Assembly (NCBI GenBank): GCA_963665115.1
Contig: OY762007.1
Location: 4,768,001-4,832,000 of the forward strand
Direction: 5' to 3'
Source: an uncultured Rivularia sp.
Lineage (GTDB): Bacteria > Cyanobacteriota > Cyanobacteriia > Cyanobacteriales > Nostocaceae
Length of the DNA: 64,000 bases
Shown here: in pieces, positions 20,192-31,171 of the stretch
How the letters are laid out: every line of letters starts with the position of its first letter
Numbering within the stretch: the first letter of the stretch is position 1
Notes under the pieces: generated by a model
Databases searched by the model: none
The model's input: the letters and a program-made list of their open reading frames with translations, nothing else
What the model was told of the DNA's origin: nothing
Translations under genes and position numbers: made by a program

Positions 20192-21285
20192 ATACCTATT
20201 ATTTTACAGTAATCCGATACAGAATTTTTAACTGAAAAATATCCTGCTCTATGCTGCAAAATATCTTTTTTTAAGGGGCTATTTAATACTTGAAGTATTG
20301 CCTGTGAAAGCGCTTGTGGATTTTTTATAGGTACTAGAGGTCCATATTTTCCAGATGCTAAAATTTCTTTAGGACCGCTCTGACAATCAGTAGAAACTAC
20401 AGGGCAACCACAACCCATCGCTTCTATTAAAACATTTCCTAGACCTTCCCATTGGGAGGAAAGAACAAATACACTGGCATTTTTCATGTATTGATAGGGA
20501 TTGTCAACAAAACCCGGCATACTAACATCTTGGGTAATTTCTAGTTCGTTAATTAATTTTATTAAATCACTTTTCAATTCCCCTTCACCTAAAATTACTA
20601 AGCGAATTGTCATCTTCTTTCTCAAAATTGCAAAGGCTTCGATTAGAGTTGCGAAATCTTTTTGCTCGGTTAGCCTACCAACAGCTAGAATAATAGGACA
20701 GGCTTTTTGCTGGAACCAAGGATGCTTAATAGGTAAATTAGCTAAAGATATTAAATCATTGTCAAGAACTGGATTGTATATACTTTTAACTCTTCCTTCC
20801 GGCAAATTCAATTGATGTTCTAAATCTCTAGAAACTGCTTGAGAAACTCCGATAATCTCATCTGCATAAGGATACAATCGCCTCATAAAAAATGGTAGAA
20901 ATTTTCCTCTAAACAGTTTGGTTCTACCAGCAGATAAAGTATCATGCTCTACAAGTAGTAATTTGGTTTCAGTTTGAGATAAATATCTTGCGATTACAGC
21001 CATAACGTTAGCGTGATTCATGTGAGACACTAAAGCAAACGGTTTAACTTCTTGCAAATAGTTTTTTAAAGGAATAATCGATTTGAGAACCCTATCTGCT
21101 GAAAAGTCAATAATACGTACTTGCTTATGTAACTGCTTTAAATATGGTCCTTCCGCACTTCCTACAACTAAATCTAAAGGTATGCTGCTATCTTTTTCAT
21201 AAAATCCTTTGAGTAAATTAATCACTACTCGCTCTGCACCGCCACCATGTAAAGTAGGAAGGAAAAAAGCAATAGGTTTTAACAT
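20188..21285 (-). CDS. Glycosyltransferase family 4 (PglJ-like)
   Basis: GGGAERV, GRLTEQKD, EGLGNVLIEAM. Confidence 0.93.
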   Translation of the reverse strand: MLKPIAFFLPTLHGGGAERVVINLLKGFYEKDSSIPLDLVVGSAEGPYLKQLHKQVRIIDFSADRVLKSIIPLKNYLQEVKPFALVSHMNHANVMAVIARYLSQTETKLLLVEHDTLSAGRTKLFRGKFLPFFMRRLYPYADEIIGVSQAVSRDLEHQLNLPEGRVKSIYNPVLDNDLISLANLPIKHPWFQQKACPIILAVGRLTEQKDFATLIEAFAILRKKMTIRLVILGEGELKSDLIKLINELEITQDVSMPGFVDNPYQYMKNASVFVLSSQWEGLGNVLIEAMGCGCPVVSTDCQSGPKEILASGKYGPLVPIKNPQALSQAILQVLNSPLKKDILQHRAGYFSVKNSVSDYCKIIGI

Positions 21286-21340
21286 TTTTATATAATTATA
21301 ATAGCGATTAAAGTAACTATTTTGCCTAGAAAATTACTGT

Positions 21341-22747
21341 CTATGAATTAGATTGATAAAGAGAATTTTTATTAATATACCTGTTTAAAAATATAAATAG
21401 AAAAAGAAATGAGAATATATATACACAACTTGTTGATAAAGCAATACCTCTTATGCCGAGAAAATTTATGAACAAATAGTTCAAAAATATGTTAATGAAC
21501 AAATTGCATCCAGAAGCCCACATCAAAACATTGTTCTTTTGGATGGAACTAATAATTCTAATTAACAAAAGATTACCAATGTAAAAAGGTATTTGTAAAG
21601 AGTATAAAGATTGTATCTGTGCAACTAAATATGTATCTTCTCTTGTGAAAGAACCTCTTTGAAAAGCTAAGCTAACTATAGGCTCAGAGAATAAGAATAA
21701 AATTAAAGCTAGGGGCACTGTACTAATAGCAATCAACTGCAAGTAGCGTCGGATAGTTTTTTGAAGTCCTACCCAGTCTCCAATAGCAAACATTTTTGAA
21801 CAATATGGCATGATTGCTGCTGTTAACGCAGTAGTTATTAGACTCATGGGAGCAGCAATAATTCTATTTCCATAATTTAATGATGCTACACTTCCCGGAG
21901 AAAGCATAGCTGCCATTGCCTGATCTACAGGAATAGCACTACATAGTAGAAAAGCTCCTGCAACCATTGGTGCATATTGATAATTGACTTGGCGTAAATC
22001 CTTACTAAATCCATACCATTTGGGCAACAGTAAAATACCTTGTTTGCGAAGCAAAGCTCTTAATACAATTATTTGTATAGATGTACCAATGAACAAAGCT
22101 ATAGGTAGTATATATATCCCCAACGATTTCAATAACATCAGTAGGACAATAGTTATTATTGGTACAGAAATTGGAGCTAAAGCAGCAACCGCAAATTTTT
22201 CACGTGCATTTAAGACAGCTTCCCAAACATATAGTATTCCAGAAATGACAACAAAAGGAGATACAGAGCAAAGTAGTTTAAAAGTTAAATCTAGCTTCTC
22301 CTTACTAAAACCTGAAGCAATCCAAGGTAAATATATGAGTGAACTTACAACCATTAAGATAGTTGTAATTAATATTATAAAAAGACTGTAGGTCATAAAA
22401 CCAGAAAATAGTTTTTGAGACGCTTCTACTCCTTCCCTCTCCTTGACGCTAATATAGATGGGAATAAAAGCAGATGCTAAAGAACCCCCGATTACATTCA
22501 TCAACAAACTAGGAACAACTAAAGCAATCAAAAAAGCATCTAACTGGTCACTCGTTCCAAATCTCCAAGCAATAACTAATTCCTTAATAAAAGAAACTGA
22601 TTTTACCATAGCTGCAAATGTTGCCACAGTAAATGCTGCACCAAAAATTTGTCTATTCACAGAACCAGTTGTCAGCTTTCTCCAAAAAGATAAAGCTCTT
22701 CCTAAAACTATACTTCGTTTAGATTCTCCTAACTTCTCATCTTCCAT
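21341..22747 (-). CDS. MurJ/MviN-like MOP-family flippase
   Basis: FGTSDQLDAF, AFIPIY, ASLNYGNR, FQRGSFT, GIALSTS; polytopic membrane protein. Confidence 0.85.
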   Translation of the reverse strand: MEDEKLGESKRSIVLGRALSFWRKLTTGSVNRQIFGAAFTVATFAAMVKSVSFIKELVIAWRFGTSDQLDAFLIALVVPSLLMNVIGGSLASAFIPIYISVKEREGVEASQKLFSGFMTYSLFIILITTILMVVSSLIYLPWIASGFSKEKLDLTFKLLCSVSPFVVISGILYVWEAVLNAREKFAVAALAPISVPIITIVLLMLLKSLGIYILPIALFIGTSIQIIVLRALLRKQGILLLPKWYGFSKDLRQVNYQYAPMVAGAFLLCSAIPVDQAMAAMLSPGSVASLNYGNRIIAAPMSLITTALTAAIMPYCSKMFAIGDWVGLQKTIRRYLQLIAISTVPLALILFLFSEPIVSLAFQRGSFTREDTYLVAQIQSLYSLQIPFYIGNLLLIRIISSIQKNNVLMWASGCNLFINIFLNYLFINFLGIRGIALSTSCVYIFSFLFLFIFLNRYINKNSLYQSNS

Positions 22748-22824
22748 CTATTTTTCCCTAAATAAGAAATCAGTCTTACATATTGTTTCCACCAAATTAT
22801 AAATAATCAAGTGATGTCTTTTTT

Positions 22825-24936
22825 CTACGTACTGCTTGTATAAGGTTTTCTCAATTTCTTGGATTCCACATTTGTTGAGGTTTTAACCTGTAAATTAGAA
22901 GAATGTCTTACTTCTGTATCCAAATATTTCGGCTTATAACCGGGCACTAATTGCTCCAACAAAAACTTAATTGAATTAGTATCATTTTTATCCGCAGCCT
23001 GACAAAGTGCTTCTACGGTCACATTCAAACTTGCAGGTATAATCCGGCTCGAATTCTTCACCATAAACAGCTTTTCATGTTCTGTTGGGTCGTATTCTTC
23101 TCCTTCTATAAACAACTCTTCAAACAATTTCTCTCCCGGCCGCAAGCCTGTAAAAACTATATCTATATCCTGATTTACTCTGTAACCAGAAAGTCTAATC
23201 AATTCCGAGGCTAAATCAACAATTTTTACAGGTTCGCCCATATTAAGCATCAGTACTTCTCCGCCTCTACCCAAAACTGCTGCCTGTAAAACTAGCTGTA
23301 CCGCTTCGGGTATAGTCATAAAGTAACGACAGATATCTGGATGAGTTACTGTTATCGGGCCACCTGCGGCAATTTGTCTTTTAAAGGTGGGGACAACGCT
23401 ACCGCGACTGCCTAAAACGTTTCCAAAACGTACAACAAGGTAAGATTTACCGCTTTGTTTTGCCGTTTGCAGTACTACCATTTCCGCAACTCTCTTACTC
23501 GCACCCATGATGTTGGTAGGATTTACCGCTTTATCGGTGGAAATCATCACGAAGTGTTTGACGTTGCATCGCAATGCTTCTTCAACTAAGTTTTTGGTGC
23601 CAATTACATTATTAGTAATTGCTTCTGGGGAATTCATTTCCATCAAGGGCACGTGCTTATGTGCTGCTGCATGGAAAACTACGTCAGGTTGGAATTTATC
23701 GAAAGCGTGTCTGAGTCTATCCTTAAATCGGATATCGGCGATAAATCCATGAATTCGAGTTGCATTTCCCGTACTTCTGTTCTCGTCTTTTAAAATTTGT
23801 ACGAGTAGATTTAATTCTTGCTGAATATTGAAGACGGAATTTTCACCGTGTCCCACCAACATGATTTCTTTAGGATGGCAAGAGCAAATTTGACGGCAAA
23901 GTTCGCTACCAATCGAACCACCCGCACCCGTAATTAAAACTCTTTTTCCATTGATAAATTCGGCAACTTTTTCAATCTCTGTCTGTACGGGTTCTCGTCT
24001 GAGTAAGTCTTCGATTCTTACATCTCGGATACTGTTTAAGCTGACTTTTCCATTGAGGATTTCATTTATCCCAGGTAAGGTACAGGCTTGTATTCCATTC
24101 GATTTACAGATATCGACGATTTCCCGAATCACTTCCCCTGCTACCGAGGGCATTGCGATAATTACCTTATCTACATTTAAAGGTTCTAAAAGATCGGGAA
24201 TCGAATGGCGATCGCCAAAAACCTGAATTCCGCGAATGCGTGCGTTTAGTTTGGTTCTATCATCGTCAATAAATCCAACAGCACGAAAACCTAAATGATA
24301 GTTTTTCTGCATTTCTTCAACAAGACTTACTCCAGCACTTCCCGCACCAACAATAAGTACTCGTTCTCCCTGATGATGAAACCCAGGGCTAAAAGCCATA
24401 CGGGAATGTTTACTTCTTTCAACAACCCGAACGCTAAAACGTAATCCACCAATGAAAATACATGAGAGCAATCCATCAATAAATGGTAGTGACTGTGGTA
24501 ACGTATCTACAGCCCAAGGTAAGGTGAAATCTACAACATCGAATAACAAAGTTTGGATTACCACCGCAGCCACTACTAACATAGCGACATAGGTCAATTC
24601 TTCTACACCCGCATATCGCCAATAACGGCGGTAAAAACCTAAACTATAGAACACCCCAATCTTAACGGCTAAAAAAAGTAATGTTGCCGTTACTAAATCA
24701 GATGCATATGCTTGAAGAGCTAAATTGCCATCTAAACGCAGTATCAACGCTAAAAGCGGTGTAATAGTGAAAACAATAATATCGAATATCAGTAAATGAC
24801 GGTTTCTCAGCTTTAATAGATTCCTTAATAAAACCTTTATCGATTTATCAAGCAGCCAATGTGAAACCATGAATAAACCATTCATAGTTCTAAATACCTC
24901 CTGGGAAATCAGCAACAAGCACACCCTTGAGTTCAA
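22825..24936 (-). CDS. CapD/PglF-like membrane-bound UDP-GlcNAc 4,6-dehydratase; true start likely ~24884
   Basis: 4 TM segments, GAGSAG, TGAGGSIGSEL, HAAAHKHVP, STDKAVNP, MGASKR, GLRPGEKL. Confidence 0.95.
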   Translation of the reverse strand: MNSRVCLLLISQEVFRTMNGLFMVSHWLLDKSIKVLLRNLLKLRNRHLLIFDIIVFTITPLLALILRLDGNLALQAYASDLVTATLLFLAVKIGVFYSLGFYRRYWRYAGVEELTYVAMLVVAAVVIQTLLFDVVDFTLPWAVDTLPQSLPFIDGLLSCIFIGGLRFSVRVVERSKHSRMAFSPGFHHQGERVLIVGAGSAGVSLVEEMQKNYHLGFRAVGFIDDDRTKLNARIRGIQVFGDRHSIPDLLEPLNVDKVIIAMPSVAGEVIREIVDICKSNGIQACTLPGINEILNGKVSLNSIRDVRIEDLLRREPVQTEIEKVAEFINGKRVLITGAGGSIGSELCRQICSCHPKEIMLVGHGENSVFNIQQELNLLVQILKDENRSTGNATRIHGFIADIRFKDRLRHAFDKFQPDVVFHAAAHKHVPLMEMNSPEAITNNVIGTKNLVEEALRCNVKHFVMISTDKAVNPTNIMGASKRVAEMVVLQTAKQSGKSYLVVRFGNVLGSRGSVVPTFKRQIAAGGPITVTHPDICRYFMTIPEAVQLVLQAAVLGRGGEVLMLNMGEPVKIVDLASELIRLSGYRVNQDIDIVFTGLRPGEKLFEELFIEGEEYDPTEHEKLFMVKNSSRIIPASLNVTVEALCQAADKNDTNSIKFLLEQLVPGYKPKYLDTEVRHSSNLQVKTSTNVESKKLRKPYTSST

Positions 24937-25851
24937 TCATCAGAGCGTTGATGAGTAATACAATTAATTTTAATTATTCGCACGCAACATTGAAAGTCTC
25001 TATCAGTAAACCAGAGATAGATCGAATAAAAATTAGGCAAATAAAACAACTTTTTAATTGACTCAATTATCGCACTGACACTGACCCAAGAAGAACATTT
25101 GTTTTGTAAAAATGGGCTTAGTCAATTATTAAAATCCGATCTATTTAATCTCGCAGATGCATTCCCTCTCCTTCAATAATAAACATTATCAGCTATTAAT
25201 TATCCGCTCCAATCTACTAATATAAAAGCGCCCTTGCAGCCAGTAATTATTTTAAATAAAATGTTCTGAGTAATTTTTATCTGATTTCTTTTTATAGTAT
25301 CAAAGTTAGGAATTGCCGAACTTATTCTACTATGGCATCTTCGTTTAAAACCAATATCTCATCATCATCAAACAAAAATATGCCCGCATTACAAGCTTGC
25401 TCGTTATAACTTACAGAGATAACAAGTTTTACATTTATTACTTCCTTTGCATCTAATTTCTACGCTTTTATAAAAATCAGCAATTTTACCACCGCATATT
25501 ATTTAGCGGTAACTAACAAAATAGGTAAAACCTTACGCTCTTCACAAGCACCATAAAAAGATACGGCAAGTAACAATAACAAAAAAATGAAAACTTACTG
25601 TAACTGATTTATCTGCTTTTTAATCTCAATATAATATGTAACAGTTTTCGCGAACTGAGTCATGCCAATTTGGCATTAATTTAATGCCTTCGTAAATAAT
25701 TAGGCTTTTTTATCGAGTATGAGATGAGGGGATGGGGAGATAAGGGGACAACTTTCATCCCTGGGGTTTAGTCTAACGACTTACTTCCCGAACAGCATTT
25801 TTTTTAATTAAATTATTTAAGGGACTGCCAAAAAATCATCGATCAAAAACA

Positions 25852-25881
25852 ACCGTAGTGCGTGAACGTTAACGCACTACG
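25852..25881. repeat. GTAG-type REP-like palindrome
   Basis: CCGTAGTGCGTGAACGTTAACGCACTACGG; CGTGAACGTTAACGCACTACG recurs at 41711-41731. Confidence 0.6.
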
Positions 25882-26012
25882 GCGAGCGTGTGTCCGCCTT
25901 TGACATTCATCTTGCTCGCACTACCGTAATTGGATATTTTTTAATTCGGAAATGCTTAAAAAGGAAGCACTGCTACTAAAAGTCCCCAATTCCCAGCTTT
26001 TCCCTACTCCAA

Positions 26013-26533
26013 CTACACTTTTGCTTGCAAAGACTTGAGCCATTCGGTATTCACACCAGACTCACGAGTTAACGAAATTCTTCCGGTACGCGCGATTTCT
26101 CGCAAACCAAATTTTTGCAACACCTGCACAATCGCCACGATTTTTCCTGGATCTCCAACAACTTCCACAGTTAAGGAATCTTCTGCGACATCTACCACTC
26201 GCGCTCGGAAAATCTGAGCTAATTCAACAACCTCCGAACGATTACTGCTAGTAGCATTCACTTTAATCAACATTAATTCTCGTTCCACACAGGGAATTTC
26301 TGTGATGTCTTGAACCTTGAGAACGTTAATTAACTTATATAATTGCTTCGTAAGTTGTTCAATAATACGGTCATCACCAGGTACAACCATCGTAATTCTG
26401 GAAATTCCCTGTTGTTCGGCTGGGGCCCTACCGCAAGACTTTCTATATTAAAGCCACGACGTGCAAATAAACTGGAAATTCGCGAGAGAACTCCCGCTTC
26501 ATCTTCTACTAGTACCGAAAGCGTATGTTTCAT
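26013..26533 (-). CDS. ilvN: Acetolactate synthase small (regulatory) subunit, frameshifted at ~26425
   Basis: [37 protein letters not shown] joins ...ERELMLIKV...EIARTG. Confidence 0.95.
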
Positions 26534-26771
26534 CAGTGAGCAGTGACCAGTCACCAGTGACCAGTTGGCAGTAAATAATTGTTCTGTTAGGTTATAGGTT
26601 TGGGGGGACGTGTGTCAAAGGGCTACGGATTTTAGATTTTGAGGACACTACGTTGCGGAGGTTTCCTCCGTTATAGTAAGTGTCCGGGATTTTGGATTTG
26701 AGTCAGGAGTTATAAGTTAGTAATTTTCTCCCCATCTCCTTATCCCCTTGTCTCACTATCCCGCTATCTCC

Positions 26772-28844
26772 TCAACTCCCTCTCTTATAACTAGAAACTA
26801 CTTGCTCCAATAATTTCTCTTCACTTTGGGCAGGTGCTAGACATTTTAATCCTTGGCAAACTAAGCCGATGCTATTTTGAGGTAAATTGGATTGTTCGAC
26901 AAACATTGCAACAGGTAAAAATCCAGATATAAGCGAGTTTATCCGCTCTTTTTTGGTACGAATTAAAGTACAGTTTCTATACCAATCTAAAGCGATAAAT
27001 AAACTGGGACAAGCTTGAGTAGCGTTATTCATGACGTTGCGAAATGCTTTTAATCCCTGCTCTGCTAAATTCAAGTATTGAAGATTATCTGTAATCAAAG
27101 TTAGTCGTACCAAATTGGATAAAGCTATTCCGTTGGCAGAAGGTGTAGCACTATCAATATAATTGCGTTCTCTGACAATCAATTCTTGGCTGGCATCGCT
27201 TGCTGTATTAAAATAACCACGAAATTCGATACTCCATAAATATTCGTTGAATTCTTCTTGAAGGGACACTGCTTTTTCTAACCATAAAGAAGATTCGTTA
27301 TCAGTTTTCAAGGAAGCTTGATGTAAATCGAGCAAAGCTTTGATAAATAAAGCATAATCCTCCGATTGTGCCAATACACTCGGTTTACCTTCGTAGTTCA
27401 ATCTGTGAAATCTTCCATTAACAAATTGATTTTCTAAGATAAACTTAGTTGCTTGAATTGCTAGTTCGAGATATTCTGGCTGTGAAAATACTGCATAAGC
27501 TTTTGCCAAACCCGAAATCATTAAACTATTCCAAGCTACAATCATTTTGGTATCTGTAACTGGTGGAATACGACCTTGCCAATTATGAGATTTTGCTTCG
27601 GTGTTGTCGCGAGCGGGAGCAAAGGTTTTAATTTCGCTATTATTTTTACCGTAACGAGCAACAAATAATTTCTCTAAGATAGCTTCAACCGAATCGCTTA
27701 ATTTCTCGGAGTTAAGCTTTTGCAAAACATTTTGATTTTCAAAGTTACCGTTGGGGGTAACTGTAAAAGTTTGTTGCAGTTGGGTGAGTTCTTCTGAAGT
27801 TAACAGTTCTTCTAATTCACTGTAACTCCAAACGTAAAATGCACCTTCTTCGGGTTCAACATCCTCTTGGGTAATAAAACTATCGGCATCTTGAGCGGCA
27901 TAGAAATAACCATTGGGTGCTGTCATTTCTCTTTGCAGCCACTGTACGGTTTTGGCGATCGCACTTTTAAATTGTGGTTCTTCGATCCCCGCACTCCACA
28001 GGTTAGCCAAATACTCTACTATCTGACCGTTATCGTAGAGCATCTTTTCAAAATGAGGTACCGTCCAGGTAGGATCGACGGTATAGCGATGGAAACCACC
28101 GGCAACATGGTCAAAAATTCCGCCAAGTGCTAAATCCAAACCTCGCTGGGTACAAATTTGTTTGCCCTTCTTACTCGATTTGAAATCAAATCTGCTGCCT
28201 TGCAGTGCCATCTGTGCGTAAGGGATTGTAGGAAAACTATTGCCCTGCTGGTTGCGAGTGATGATTCCGGTAAAAGTTTCCCAACCTTTATTCAATAATT
28301 GATTATCTTCTGTTTCTGCGTTAGTTTCGGTTTGCAATACAGCAGATTCGAGCAGCGATTCTAAAATAACTGCTTTACGTTTTTGCAAATCTTGTTTTTC
28401 TGTATCGTAATAATGACGAATTGCTTGCAGTACCTGTAGAAAACCCGGACGGCCGTAATGTTCTTCTAAAGGGAAATAAGTTCCCGCATAGAATGGTACC
28501 AAGTCATCGGGAGAAAGAAACACATTTAAAGGCCAACCTCCTTGCCCGCTCATCATCTGCAAAGATTGCATATAAATGCTGTCAATATCAGGTCTTTCTT
28601 CCCTATCAACTTTAATCGGAATAAAATTGGCATTCATATATTCAGCTATTTCCAAATCTGAAAAAGCTTCCCCTTCCATCACCGTACACCAATGGCAACT
28701 TGAATAACCAATGGAGAGAAATATAGGTTTATTTTGCGACTTGGCAGTTTCGTGAGCATCCGAACACCAACTCCACCAATCAATTGGATTTTCGGCGTGT
28801 TTGCGGAGGTAAAGACTTTGAGATGAAGCGAGGCGATTAGTCAT
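26772..28844 (-). CDS. YyaL/SSP411-like thioredoxin-domain protein
   Basis: MTNRLA..SLYLRKHAENP, GYSSCHWCTVM, GGWPLN, VPHFEKMLYDN; ATG at 28844 preferred. Confidence 0.93.
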   Translation of the reverse strand: MTNRLASSQSLYLRKHAENPIDWWSWCSDAHETAKSQNKPIFLSIGYSSCHWCTVMEGEAFSDLEIAEYMNANFIPIKVDREERPDIDSIYMQSLQMMSGQGGWPLNVFLSPDDLVPFYAGTYFPLEEHYGRPGFLQVLQAIRHYYDTEKQDLQKRKAVILESLLESAVLQTETNAETEDNQLLNKGWETFTGIITRNQQGNSFPTIPYAQMALQGSRFDFKSSKKGKQICTQRGLDLALGGIFDHVAGGFHRYTVDPTWTVPHFEKMLYDNGQIVEYLANLWSAGIEEPQFKSAIAKTVQWLQREMTAPNGYFYAAQDADSFITQEDVEPEEGAFYVWSYSELEELLTSEELTQLQQTFTVTPNGNFENQNVLQKLNSEKLSDSVEAILEKLFVARYGKNNSEIKTFAPARDNTEAKSHNWQGRIPPVTDTKMIVAWNSLMISGLAKAYAVFSQPEYLELAIQATKFILENQFVNGRFHRLNYEGKPSVLAQSEDYALFIKALLDLHQASLKTDNESSLWLEKAVSLQEEFNEYLWSIEFRGYFNTASDASQELIVRERNYIDSATPSANGIALSNLVRLTLITDNLQYLNLAEQGLKAFRNVMNNATQACPSLFIALDWYRNCTLIRTKKERINSLISGFLPVAMFVEQSNLPQNSIGLVCQGLKCLAPAQSEEKLLEQVVSSYKRGS

Positions 28845-29849
28845 AATTCCAAAAAGATGAGAAGCGTTCTTTTCACCTAGTTTATCGTTTAAATACGATC
28901 CCACACGCTTTTACAATCATTTCAATTCATTTGCAGTGGTAGTCGATTGCATAAATTCTGAAGGGTTCGTTTTTCCCGTAACCTTCGGGAGACTAGCTAC
29001 CAGGAAGATGTTCGGCTACCACTACAGAGATTGATTAAAACGACTATAAATACTATAAATTTAAAAAATGAACAAACCCATCTTTGCTTAAAAGCTGGGT
29101 TTGTCAGAAGAATAATTAAGTATAAAATAAGACTGTGATTTAGGACGATAAAATGTAGATGGATAAGTATGTATAACCGGAAAATTCGCTAAAATTAGTG
29201 AATTTTGCTGCAAAATATTCTGCTGTAATCGCACAACAAAAAGGTAAGCTATATTAGTGAAATTGTTTAAGAAATATACGGTGATATTAACCGTTATTAA
29301 GCAAAAAGCTAATTGTGCACAAGTTTTTTACTTATTTATATCTATGTTTCGATCGATACTAATTATGGCTACCTTACTACTAATTGTCAATACGGCTAAT
29401 CTATTTCAAAGAACGTACTAGTACGCTGACTATTGGTTCTGAGTATGTATCTATAGGAGATTTATTTTTTGAAATTAAAACTTGGTTGGTATGGTCGCTT
29501 AATCCAAATATTAAATTGAGTAACAAAGTTATAATTGTTGCTTGTACTAATCTTCTTAACATGACGTTTTCCTGTAGCTCTAAATTAATGGCATTTGAAG
29601 TTTAAATAGAATGGCGAATATGCCTCTCGTATTATTGTTTTACCTAGAATGATACTTTTATCCGGACACCCAACCACATAAATATAGCTTATGTTACATT
29701 GTTTACTATTCTTCCTAAGTTTTATCACTTAACTATTTTGCAAATAAATATATGCTTAAGAATCAATATTGTTGCAAACGTACTGTTGATGACAACAAAC
29801 CGCTTAGTAATCGATAAAATGTATGTAAACTAACTATGAACTAGGCTGC

Positions 29850-30455
29850 ATGATTCCTATCGTTATTGAGCAATCGGGTCGCGGCGAACGCGCCTTTGAT
29901 ATCTACTCGCGACTACTGCGCGATCGCATCATCTTCTTAGGACAACCTATCGATAGCAACGTAGCCAACTTAATAGTTGCCCAAATGTTGCTATTAGATG
30001 CTGAAGATGCGGAGAAAGATATTTATATGTATATCAATTCTCCTGGTGGTTCGGTAACTGCTGGCATGGGCATTTTTGATACCATGAGACATATCCGTCC
30101 GGATATTTGTACTATTTGCACCGGACTCGCTGCTAGTATGGGTGCTTTCTTGCTTACTGCTGGCACTAAAGGTAAGCGGATGAGTTTACCTCATTCTCGA
30201 ATTATGATTCACCAACCTTTAGGTGGGGCACAAGGGCAAGCAACCGATATCGAAATTCAAGCGAAAGAGATTCTCTATCACAAGCAACAGCTAAATAATT
30301 ATTTGGCTGAGAACACTGGTCAACCCATTGAACGCATTGCAGAAGATACTGAAAGAGATTTCTTCATGTCGCCCTCGGAAGCCAAAGATTATGGCTTAAT
30401 TGACCAAGTGATAGACCGTCACGCTGCGGGTAGCCGTCCTATGGCTGTCGTCTAA
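29850..30455 (+). CDS. clpP: ATP-dependent Clp protease proteolytic subunit
   Basis: DIYSRLL, YINSPGG, AASMG (Ser), MIHQP (His), ERDFFMS (Asp). Confidence 0.98.
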   Translation: MIPIVIEQSGRGERAFDIYSRLLRDRIIFLGQPIDSNVANLIVAQMLLLDAEDAEKDIYMYINSPGGSVTAGMGIFDTMRHIRPDICTICTGLAASMGAFLLTAGTKGKRMSLPHSRIMIHQPLGGAQGQATDIEIQAKEILYHKQQLNNYLAENTGQPIERIAEDTERDFFMSPSEAKDYGLIDQVIDRHAAGSRPMAVV

Positions 30456-30554
30456 TCAATATTTACGCTATCAACAGTTGATTTTTATATTGACTATCGA
30501 CGGCACGAATATTGACTTATAAAGACTTCATTTCACGAGTCATGGATTTCGCAA

Positions 30555-30583
30555 TGGAATTCCTCTTCTGAAGGGGAATTCCA
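30555..30583 (+). terminator. Hairpin downstream of clpP
   Basis: TGGAATTCCTCTTC-t-GAAGGGGAATTCCA. Confidence 0.45.
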
Positions 30584-30989
30584 CTTGTTACTTATTCAAC
30601 AAGTTGCAATGGGGATTTTTGAACTTTATTTTTGATTATTTTTCCCAATATTCACTTGTTGTCAACTATTCCAGGTAGTATTTAACTATCAGTTTTACTT
30701 ATTATACCAGAATAATCAAGTAGTTTTATAACTTTTGTAACTATTTCTATCTGATAATAAGAATACCGAATCGAGGAAGTAGGGGTTTTTCCGATCTATC
30801 TGTATTCGTTTAGATTCTGGCTTCACATAACTCTAACCCAGAAAAAATACATTTTATCCAGGTCTTCCCTATTCTCGATTTTATCCTATACGACTATTTA
30901 GTTAGCAGTAGGAGCAAGGAAGATCCGTTAATTTCAAGACAAGCAGATAATTCAACCAATAGAGCTTCAGATGGATGGTATTTTCAATT

Positions 30990-31130
30990 TCAATTCGCTT
31001 AACTCTTGATTTTTTTGATCTAATTAGAGTTTCAAACTATAGATAGTAACTTGATTTTTCAATCTCGCTAGCACTTCTTCAAGCTCAAATGGTTTAGTTA
31101 AAGAATCAACAGCCCCTACTTGGAACAGTG
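30990..31130 (-). pseudogene. Remnant of a response regulator (end of receiver plus coiled coil)
   Basis: Manual translation LFQVGAVDSLTKPFELEEVLARLKNQVTIYSLKL*LDQKNQEL; no start codon, in-frame stop. Confidence 0.65.
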
Positions 31131-31171
31131 AATTGCTCTAAGTTAATATTGCTTTCAAAGTAAGAAATATT

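Noticed and set aside
29384..29605. 73-aa ORF upstream of clpP
   Set aside because: Non-ATG start, no SD or motif, AT-rich promoter region.
29661..29666. TCCGGA as a heterocyst DIF1 promoter motif before clpP
   Set aside because: A single hexamer with no TSS data is expected by chance.
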